32,000 nt of DNA. Origin: Phycisphaera mikurensis NBRC 102666 (GTDB lineage: Bacteria; Planctomycetota; Phycisphaerae; Phycisphaerales; Phycisphaeraceae). This document shows, piece by piece, positions 1 through 6,913 of the stretch; within the stretch, counting starts at the first letter, position 1; each line of letters opens with the position of its first letter. Location: NCBI RefSeq assembly GCF_000284115.1, contig NC_017080.1, positions 270,001-302,000 on the forward strand. The letters run 5' to 3'. Made by a program: the position numbers and the translations under genes. Below the pieces are notes generated by a model that was not told the DNA's origin, made no database searches, and worked only from the letters and a program-made list of their open reading frames with translations.

Positions 1-492
1 CACCAGCAGCGACGCGAGCGATTGCGAGGCGGCGGCCACGTCGAAGCCCGCGGCCTCCATCCGGCTCACCAGCCAGGCGAGCGTGTCCGGCGGCGGGACG
101 TCGCTCAACCGCAGCACGCGGGGGACGGTGGGCAGGAAGGCGGCGGCCGCGGCGAGGGAAGCCGCGTCCCAGGCGATCACGCTGCGGGCGCCCGCCGCGG
201 CCTCCCGCAGCGCCCGCCGGAGGGCGGCGCGGCAGGCGAGCGGGATCCGCCCGCCGACGCCGGGGCCGCCCGGCGGCCGGCAGGCGTGCCGCGTGGCCAG
301 CCCCGCCGCCCGGGCGGCCGCCGCGGCCGCGGAACCCAGCGTCATCGCGTGGTGCTGCGCCGGCTCCGGGTCGCCGGCCAGAGCGGCGGGCAGCGGCACC
401 GCGGCGGGCTCGGACGCGGCCGCCGCGACGCAGTCCGCGGCCTCGGCGGCGTGGACCGCCTGGCTCCCGGGCCCGAGGAGGTGGAGGATCAC
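1..492 (-). CDS. N-terminal part of a protein of unknown function, possibly glycosyltransferase-like; truncated by window edge
   Basis: Reverse frame open from GTG at 492 to base 1 (VILHLLGPGSQAVHAAEAADCVAAAASEPAAVPLPAAL...GARSVIAWDAASLAAAAAFLPTVPRVLRLSDVPPPDTLAWL...). The GTG overlaps the TGA of the upstream gene by 4 nt (GTGA). It is not in the supplied ORF list because it is truncated. Confidence 0.5.
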   Translation of the reverse strand, partial: MILHLLGPGSQAVHAAEAADCVAAAASEPAAVPLPAALAGDPEPAQHHAMTLGSAAAAAARAAGLATRHACRPPGGPGVGGRIPLACRAALRRALREAAAGARSVIAWDAASLAAAAAFLPTVPRVLRLSDVPPPDTLAWLVSRMEAAGFDVAAASQSLASLLV

Positions 493-1274
493 AGCCGATC
501 CCCGGGACGCGGGGTGCCGGTCGTGCGGCGGCGCTCCTCGTAGACGGTGTCGCCGGGGGCCTGCCCCGTCCAGTCGTAGAACAACCGGGCGACGGCGAGG
601 CCGGCGGCGTCGGCGAGGTCGCGGCGGACGTTGGCGGGGTCGGCCGCGTCTTCGCCGATGCGGCGGGCCCGGAGGTCGACCGAGAAGGGCCGGCCGGCGG
701 GGCCGCCCAGGAAGCCGCCGGCGTCGGCGTCCTCCCGGCGTGGGAACAGCTGCACGCCCCGTGCATCGACCACCCGCACCGTGCCCGACGCGGCGGGCAC
801 CACGAGTGCCCCGGTCATGCCGGCGTCCGCGGCGTTGGGCAGCCGCAGGGCCTGGACCTCGACGAACACCAGCGTGTCGACGCCGAGCCGCGCGGGCAAG
901 GCGTCCAGCGGGAGCGCCGCGAAGGCGGCCGCGTCGCGCTCCCGCTCGCGGGCAACGCGGCGGCCATCGACGACCGCCTGCCCCTTCTTCGGGCTCCCGT
1001 CGGCCCGCCGCTGGAGCGGGCGGAGGTTCGTCGCGAGGTGCTGGCCCGCGGTGGCGGCGACCTGGTCGGTGAAGGAACGAACGCGGGGGTCGCCCGCGGG
1101 CAGACCGGGGGCCGCCTCCGCCAGCACGGCCACGGAGCCGGGGGGCAGCCGGGCCACCGCCTCGACCTTGTGGCTCCGCAGCAGAAGAAAGGGCACGGCG
1201 ACCGCCTCGCAGCCGGGCAGCGAGAGCGATCCGAGCGCGAGCGCGGCGGCGAGAACGGCGGGGACCGGCTTCAA
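489..1274 (-). CDS. Putative lipoprotein, second of a tandem related pair
   Basis: TTG start at 1274 in a TTGA overlap with the preceding stop. N-terminus LKPVPAVLAAALALGSLSLPGC has a lipobox-like LPGC. The longer supplied ORF (to 1739) overlaps the preceding gene and its extension is low-complexity. Confidence 0.7.
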   Translation of the reverse strand: MKPVPAVLAAALALGSLSLPGCEAVAVPFLLLRSHKVEAVARLPPGSVAVLAEAAPGLPAGDPRVRSFTDQVAATAGQHLATNLRPLQRRADGSPKKGQAVVDGRRVARERERDAAAFAALPLDALPARLGVDTLVFVEVQALRLPNAADAGMTGALVVPAASGTVRVVDARGVQLFPRREDADAGGFLGGPAGRPFSVDLRARRIGEDAADPANVRRDLADAAGLAVARLFYDWTGQAPGDTVYEERRRTTGTPRPGDRL

Positions 1275-2068
1275 GCGGCACCCTCCGCCGAGCGGCTCGG
1301 CGGGCCGGCGTCGGCGCGTTCTCTCTCGCGGCGGCGGTCCCGCTTCTGGGCTTCCTTCTGGTCGTAGAAGATGGGGCCCACGCGGCGGAGCCAGGCGGCG
1401 AGCAGGTTCTTCTTGACCGCCGCCTCGTCGGGCCCGCTCTGCGTGGCGGCGCCCCCGGGGCCGGGGTCGCCGGAATCGCCGAGCGTCGCCAAGCCCACCG
1501 GCGAGTCCTCCGGGAAGCGGACGGTCACCCGCTCGAGGAACACCGGTCGGTCCGGGTCGCCGAGGCCGGCCGCGCCCGCGGTCCCCTCGGCCTCGTACAC
1601 CTGGACCGCCGCGTTCAGCACGCCCTCGAGCACCCAGGCGTTGCCCTCCTGCCGCGTGCGGAACTCCGACACCTCCACCCGCACCACGCGGTCGACGCCG
1701 AGCCCCTCGGCGACGCGGCCCGGCGGGGCGGTCTCCCAATAGGCGTGCTCGCGCTGCCAGCCGGTGACCTCCTCCGGTGGCACCACGGCGGCGCCCTCCA
1801 CGTGCCGGGCGAAGCGCAGGGCGAGCAACGCCTCGAGCGCCGGCCCGAGCCCGGGGTGGCGACGCTTGGTCTCGGGGTCCACCGCGGCGACCACCGCGAG
1901 GCTGCGGCCGTCGAGGTCGTGCGAACGCTGGACGACCCGCACGTCGCCGGCCCCGCCGCCGCCGAAGATGCCGGCAACCGCCTCGACGCCGACGCAGCCG
2001 CCCAGCGGCATCGGCAAGACGGCGAGGAGGCAGCCCGCGGCGACGCTTCGGCGGGTGCGCTCAGCCAC
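1271..2068 (-). CDS. Putative lipoprotein, first of a tandem related pair
   Basis: ORF of 265 aa beginning MAERTRRSVAAGCLLAVLPMPLGGC, a signal peptide with lipobox-like LGGC. Confidence 0.75.
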   Translation of the reverse strand: MAERTRRSVAAGCLLAVLPMPLGGCVGVEAVAGIFGGGGAGDVRVVQRSHDLDGRSLAVVAAVDPETKRRHPGLGPALEALLALRFARHVEGAAVVPPEEVTGWQREHAYWETAPPGRVAEGLGVDRVVRVEVSEFRTRQEGNAWVLEGVLNAAVQVYEAEGTAGAAGLGDPDRPVFLERVTVRFPEDSPVGLATLGDSGDPGPGGAATQSGPDEAAVKKNLLAAWLRRVGPIFYDQKEAQKRDRRRERERADAGPPSRSAEGAA

Positions 2069-2597
2069 CGGGCACCGCCTCCGGCGCGGGGGAAGCCGGC
2101 AGCGCGGCGGACCACGGAGCCGACGATCCGTCGGCCGCCGCCATGCGCGCCGCCTTGTAGACCCAGGAGCCGCCGACGATCACCAGCGCGGCGAGCAGGC
2201 CGCGTCCCGAGAACACCACCCGGCTTAGGCCCGCGAGCACCGGGCCCGCCGGGCGGCCGCTGCACGCAAGCCAGCCGCCGAGCCAGACCAAGCCGCCGAG
2301 CGCGAGCGCGAAGAGCAGGCCCGCCGGCTGCGTCGCGGCCGCGGCGAGCAGCCGGCCGTGCGCCGCGAGCGACGTCGCCGTGGTCATCCCGCACGTGGCG
2401 CAGGGCAGGCCGGTCGCCTGCAGGAATCCGCACGGGCTCAGGCCCAACCCCGTGTGCGTGCCCACGCCCGCCGCTTCGGGCTGCAGCCAGGCCGCCACGC
2501 CCAGCACCGCCAGCGCGGAGCCCGCCAAGCCCAGCCCCGCGAGGCGGCTCCACCGACCACCGGCGGGTCGGGCGCTCTGGGGGGTCGCGTCGGCCAT
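2061..2597 (-). CDS. DUF2752 family membrane protein
   Basis: C-terminal part of ORF 2061..3386 (-) starting MADATPQSARPAGG. It contains the family-like motif CGFLQATGLPCATCGMTTA followed by hydrophobic helices, and overlaps the start of the next gene by 8 nt. Confidence 0.75.
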   Translation of the reverse strand: MADATPQSARPAGGRWSRLAGLGLAGSALAVLGVAAWLQPEAAGVGTHTGLGLSPCGFLQATGLPCATCGMTTATSLAAHGRLLAAAATQPAGLLFALALGGLVWLGGWLACSGRPAGPVLAGLSRVVFSGRGLLAALVIVGGSWVYKAARMAAADGSSAPWSAALPASPAPEAVPGG

Positions 2598-2642
2598 GCC
2601 CGCGGAGCGTATCCCCCCACCCGCGTCGTACCCTCGCGGACC

Positions 2643-3551
2643 GTGACCGCCTCCCCGGACCCAGCGCCCGCCGAACCCGCCCGCCGCATCCGCAAACGCC
2701 GCACGCCCGCCGCCGTCGCCCGCCGCACGATCGCCGTGCTGCCCACGCTGTTCACGCTGGGCAACCTGCTCTCGGGCTTCTTCGCGGTCTTCCTGGCGTC
2801 GCGCCCGGCGGACCTGGTGCTGCCGTTTGGATGGACGCCGCTCACGTGGGCGGCGATGCTGATCTTCTTCGGCATGCTGCTGGACGGGCTCGACGGCCGC
2901 ATCGCCCGGCTCACCCGCAGCTCCAGCGACCTGGGCGCCCAGCTGGACTCCATGGCCGACATGGTCAGCTTCGGCGTGGCGCCGGCCTTCCTCGTCGTGC
3001 AGGTGCTGGAGGTGCAGACACCCTTCCTGGGCGCGACCGAGGCCTTCGACACGAGCTTCGACCGGCTCGGGCTGGCGGTCGCCGCGGCCTTCGTGGCGTG
3101 CGCCGGCCTGCGGCTGGCCCGCTTCAACGTCGAGGCCAACGCCCCCGACGACGCGGAGACGGAAGAGCCCGACAAGAACTGGTTCAGCGGGCTGCCCTCC
3201 CCGGGCGCGGCCGGCGCCGTCGCCGGGCTGGTCCTGCTCCACCAGCACCTGCTCGCGTCGCCGAAGCTCAGCGGCTCGGCGGTCGCGCCGGCCGCGGGCC
3301 TGGGCCTGGACGCCGCGGCGCTGGGCTTGCTCGCCGCGACGCTGCTCTGCGCGCTCGGGATGGTCAGCCGGCTGCCCTACGTGCACGTGCTGAACCGCTA
3401 CGTCCGCGGGCGGGCCCCCTTCAGCACGGTCGCGCTCGCGGTGGTCGCGTTCCTGCTGCTCACGGTCTTCCCGCAGTACGCCATCGCCGCGGGCTTCGTG
3501 GGGTATGCGGTCAGCGGGCCGCTGGTGCGCCTCCGCTCGCTGCGGAGCTGA
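2643..3551 (+). CDS. pssA: CDP-alcohol phosphatidyltransferase, CDP-diacylglycerol--serine O-phosphatidyltransferase-like
   Basis: GTG start giving VTASPDPAPAEPARRIRK. Signature DGLDGRIARLTRSSSDLGAQLDSMAD matches the CDP-OH phosphatidyltransferase motif DG..AR........G...D...D; several transmembrane helices. Confidence 0.88.
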   Translation: MTASPDPAPAEPARRIRKRRTPAAVARRTIAVLPTLFTLGNLLSGFFAVFLASRPADLVLPFGWTPLTWAAMLIFFGMLLDGLDGRIARLTRSSSDLGAQLDSMADMVSFGVAPAFLVVQVLEVQTPFLGATEAFDTSFDRLGLAVAAAFVACAGLRLARFNVEANAPDDAETEEPDKNWFSGLPSPGAAGAVAGLVLLHQHLLASPKLSGSAVAPAAGLGLDAAALGLLAATLLCALGMVSRLPYVHVLNRYVRGRAPFSTVALAVVAFLLLTVFPQYAIAAGFVGYAVSGPLVRLRSLRS

Positions 3552-3619
3552 ACGATCCGCGCCGCGGGGCCGTGCCCCCGACCCAAAGCGGCCGGAGCGT
3601 GGCGGTCGTCGAGCGCGAT

Positions 3620-3641
3620 CCGCGGCCGGGGCGGGCCGCGG
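3620..3641. terminator. GC-rich hairpin between convergent genes, candidate bidirectional terminator
   Basis: Perfect 8-bp stem CCGCGGCC (3620-3627), loop GGGGCG, GGCCGCGG (3634-3641). It lies between the pssA stop and the stop of the convergent hydrolase. There is no U-tract. Confidence 0.35.
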
Positions 3642-3644
3642 GGC

Positions 3645-4517
3645 TCAGCGGGGCGTCCCCGCGAGCGAGCCGAGGAAGCGGAGCGTCTCCTCGAAAAGGC
3701 GTCGCGTCGCGTCGGAGGCCGCGACGCTGCGCGGCATCGGATTGGGCGCACCGAAGACGTGGTCCGCCCCCTCGACAAGCACGGGCGCCGCGCCGGCCGC
3801 CCCGGCGAGTCGCGTCGCGTCGCCGGGATTGACCGTCGCGTCCTCGGTCCCGTGGATCACAAGCAGCGGGACGCCCGCCGCGCCGAGGGTGGTCGCCGCC
3901 CGCACCGGGTCGTGCCCCTCCGGGTCGGCGTCCTGCTCGAGCAGCCACGAGGGCAGCACGCGGAGCGTCTGGCCGGTGCGGCCCGAGGGCGATTCGATCG
4001 CGTGGCCCGCCCGCAGTGTCGCCGCGTCCGCATCGCTCAGCCGCGAGGCGTCGGCCGGGGCGGCGGCGGCGACGACGGCCGCGGGCCGCGCGTCCCCGGC
4101 CAGCCGGGCCGCCGCGAGCAGCGCCGACAGCCCGCCGCGGCTGTGGCCGAAGAACGCCACCGGCCGGTCCGCCGGCACGCCCGGGATCCGGCCGCTCCGC
4201 ACCGCCTGGAGCAGCGCGTGCCAGTCGGCGACCTGCTTGTTCCACGTGTCGAGCGCGAAGAGGTCTTCCCGGGTGAACGGCCCCTCGGGGCGGGTCATCC
4301 CCGCGTGCGAGAAGTTGAAGGCAACGGTCGCGAATCCGGCACCGGCCAACACCTCCCCGAGACGCGGGAGGAAGCCGTACTCCTTGTACCCCTTGAAGCC
4401 GTGGCCCAGGAGCACCGTTGCGCGGGCAGTCCCCTTCTCCGGGGTGCGGGCATCGGCGAGGATCGGCAAGCCGCAGGCGCCGGGGACGCGGTGGCTGGTC
4501 AGGGGCGCGCTGGGCAT
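3645..4517 (-). CDS. Alpha/beta hydrolase (serine aminopeptidase / dienelactone hydrolase-like)
   Basis: MPSAPLTSHRVPG...ATVLLGHGFKGYKEYGF...; nucleophile elbow GHSRGG; later IHGTEDATVNP and EGADHVF consistent with catalytic Asp/His region. Confidence 0.85.
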   Translation of the reverse strand: MPSAPLTSHRVPGACGLPILADARTPEKGTARATVLLGHGFKGYKEYGFLPRLGEVLAGAGFATVAFNFSHAGMTRPEGPFTREDLFALDTWNKQVADWHALLQAVRSGRIPGVPADRPVAFFGHSRGGLSALLAAARLAGDARPAAVVAAAAPADASRLSDADAATLRAGHAIESPSGRTGQTLRVLPSWLLEQDADPEGHDPVRAATTLGAAGVPLLVIHGTEDATVNPGDATRLAGAAGAAPVLVEGADHVFGAPNPMPRSVAASDATRRLFEETLRFLGSLAGTPR

Positions 4518-4877
4518 CCCGAAATCGTACGGGTGGGCGGGCACGCCAGCGGCCGCGGGCGGCGGTCGGGTGTTGGCACGCCGGGGCGGCGTGATCGACC
4601 GCATCGCCGGGCGGAAGGGCGGAAGGGCGGGCGAGCGCCGTGAACTGCGACGGATCCCGCGGACCGAGCGGCTTTGGGCCCGGCGAGGCCGACGGTCCGC
4701 GGGAGGAGGGACCGTGCGGGGGCCGTGCGGTGTCCCGGCCGCCGCGATTTTTTTTCCCCGGCCCGTCGCCCGCGCAGACCGACATGGATCGGTCCCGGCG
4801 TTCCCGCGGGCGTTCCGCTCCCCCGGCTTCTCCCTCCCGCCCGTCCGGCACCTCGCGTCCGTCATTACCTTCGGAGC

Positions 4878-5696
4878 ATGGACCCGACCGGGGAATCCGC
4901 TTCGACCGCTGCCGAGCCGATGTCGCCCCACCCGGTGCTGCCGGCGTACTTCGACGATCTCCCGGCGCGTGGGCCGATGGTCGACCGTCTGTTCGATGAC
5001 ACGGCGGCGCATTACGACCGCATCACCGGGCTGCTGTCGTTCGGCTCGGGCGGTCGGTACCGGCGGGAGGTGCTCGAGCAGGCGGGCGTGCAACCCGGCC
5101 AGCGCGTGCTCGACCTCGCCTGCGGCACCGGGCAGGTCAGCGAGGCCGCGGCCCGGCTCGTCGGTGCCGGCGGTGCCGTCCTGGGCGTCGATCCCAGCGC
5201 CGGGATGCTCGCCGTCGCCGTCGCAAAGATGCGGCGGCTGCGGGAAGCGGAACCGCGGACCGGGCCCTTCCGCGCCATCGCCGGCGGGGCCGAGGCGCTC
5301 CCGCTGAGCGACCAATCGGTCGACGTCGTGACGATGGGGTACGCGCTCCGCCACGTGCCCGACCTGGTCGGGGCCTTCCGGGAGATGCGACGCGTCCTCC
5401 GCCCGGGCGGCCGGGTCGTGGTGATGGAGATCTCGGCGCCCGCCAACCCGCTGCTGCGGTGGCCCCTGAAGGCGTACCTCCGCGGCGTCGTGCCGCCGCT
5501 GTCCCGGTGGATCACCGGGGATCCGCGGTCCCGCACGCTGATGGCGTACTACTGGGACACGATGGAGCACTGCGTCCCGCCCTCCGCCATCCAAGCGGCG
5601 ATGGCTGCTGCGGGGTTGGTCGCCGTCGAGCGGCGCCGGCTCTGGGGGACCTTCAGCAACTACCTCGCCCGCAGCCCGAAGCAGCGCAACGATTGA
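4878..5696 (+). CDS. ubiE: UbiE/MenG-type SAM-dependent methyltransferase (quinone biosynthesis)
   Basis: SAM-binding motif VLDLACGTG. Family-like segments FDDTAAHYDRITGLLSFG, VDVVTMGYALRHVPDLVGAFREMRRVLRPGGRVVVMEIS and YYWDTMEHCVPP. The start could also be ATG at 4920. Confidence 0.83.
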   Translation: MDPTGESASTAAEPMSPHPVLPAYFDDLPARGPMVDRLFDDTAAHYDRITGLLSFGSGGRYRREVLEQAGVQPGQRVLDLACGTGQVSEAAARLVGAGGAVLGVDPSAGMLAVAVAKMRRLREAEPRTGPFRAIAGGAEALPLSDQSVDVVTMGYALRHVPDLVGAFREMRRVLRPGGRVVVMEISAPANPLLRWPLKAYLRGVVPPLSRWITGDPRSRTLMAYYWDTMEHCVPPSAIQAAMAAAGLVAVERRRLWGTFSNYLARSPKQRND

Positions 5697-5724
5697 GCAG
5701 GCGCGGGCGCCGGCCGACCGGAGC

Positions 5725-6789
5725 TCACCCGCTCCGCGGCTCGCCGGATCCCGCCGGCGGCGCTGCTCCGGCCATCGCGATCAGCCCGGCAACCCGCTCC
5801 GCGACCTCCTCGGCGTCGAGACCGATTCGGTCGAAGATGCCGCGGGTGCTCGCGTGCAGGCGGTGCTTGCCGCCGCGGATCTTCCGCGCGACCGCGTCGA
5901 GCAGACGCAGGTACACCCGCAGCGACAGGCCTTTCGCCACCGTGCCCGCCGACGTTGACGCCGCTCCAAGCCTTCCTCCGCGCCGGTCGTTCCGCTTCCG
6001 CGGCTCTCGCGACTCGTCGAGCGGCCGCAGCCACACCCCCGCGGATTGCCGCCGCGGCGCCCGCGGTGCTCGCGGCCTTCGGGAAGACCGGGTGGGCGGG
6101 GTCCGTCCGCTCGCAACCGCCCCGTCTCCCGCCGGCACATCCCGGGCCAGCCGCCCGGCGAGCGAGGTGAATCGGCCTCCCTCGGGGGTGTCACATTCGC
6201 CCGCCGCGAAAGGATTGAGATCGACGTAGATCATGGTCGCGACCAGCTGCGCCGGGTCCTCCACCAGGACGCTGTGGAACCGGCCGGCCCACACCGGGCC
6301 GGAGGTCTTCTCGAGCTTGTTGATCTGCTCCGCCGCGTGCTGCTTGAAGCACTTCACGAAGTGCGAGAGGCACACCAGCTTGGCCCGGATGTCGCTGAGG
6401 AACTCCTCGTCCGCAAGCTTCTCCGCCACCTCCTCCTCCTTCGCCTCCCGGGGCTGGTTGTAGCCGTTCCGCAGGGGGTGCAACGCCCACCAACGCCGCA
6501 GCACCTCCTCATCCGACCAGGAGGCCGCCAGCTCGTGATCGACCCGCAGGAGCTTGTGGACGTGGTTGTCCATCAGCGCGAAGGCAACGACTTGCACCGC
6601 CATGACCCTGGTCAGCGTCTCCAGCTTCGCCAGCAGCATCTCTTTCCGCAATCCATCTGGCTCGGCGAAGACCGCCCCGCCCTCCCCGCCGCCCTTGCGC
6701 AGCATCGCCAGCTGCCGCGTGCAGCGGCTGGTCACGTGATACACCGCGGTGCACCCCCGGAGAACGCACTGGCTTCGGGTCCGTCGCAT
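5725..6789 (-). CDS. Y1/HUH-type transposase-like protein (REP-associated tyrosine transposase-like, TnpA_REP)
   Basis: MRRTRSQCVLRGCTAVYHVTSRC, HUH motif in ALMDNHVHKLLRV, then GPVWAGRFHSVLVEDPAQLVATMIYVDLNPFAAG, typical of IS200-like/RAYT proteins. An alternative GTG start lies at 6816. A palindrome lies just upstream. Confidence 0.83.
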   Translation of the reverse strand: MRRTRSQCVLRGCTAVYHVTSRCTRQLAMLRKGGGEGGAVFAEPDGLRKEMLLAKLETLTRVMAVQVVAFALMDNHVHKLLRVDHELAASWSDEEVLRRWWALHPLRNGYNQPREAKEEEVAEKLADEEFLSDIRAKLVCLSHFVKCFKQHAAEQINKLEKTSGPVWAGRFHSVLVEDPAQLVATMIYVDLNPFAAGECDTPEGGRFTSLAGRLARDVPAGDGAVASGRTPPTRSSRRPRAPRAPRRQSAGVWLRPLDESREPRKRNDRRGGRLGAASTSAGTVAKGLSLRVYLRLLDAVARKIRGGKHRLHASTRGIFDRIGLDAEEVAERVAGLIAMAGAAPPAGSGEPRSG

Positions 6790-6819
6790 ACCCCCACCCT
6801 CCCCAACCACATCCACCTT

Positions 6820-6842
6820 GTCAAGGGGACAGTCCCCTTGAC
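6820..6842. repeat. Perfect palindrome of REP-like type at the 5' side of the transposase gene
   Basis: GTCAAGGGGAC-A-GTCCCCTTGAC, 11-bp arms with 1-nt centre, starting 31 nt upstream of the predicted ATG. Related copies occur at 12.5 kb. Confidence 0.85.
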
Positions 6843-6913
6843 TACGAAGGCTCGGATGCTCCGGAGTGCGTGGTCTGGTCTTGCGTCTGCTTCACCTCGT
6901 TCATCCAAAATGG

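Noticed and set aside
4748-4755. Run of eight T after a GC-rich stretch, resembling a terminator
   Set aside because: It sits in the intergenic region between the divergent hydrolase and ubiE genes, so no upstream transcript is expected to end there, and no convincing stem was found directly adjacent.
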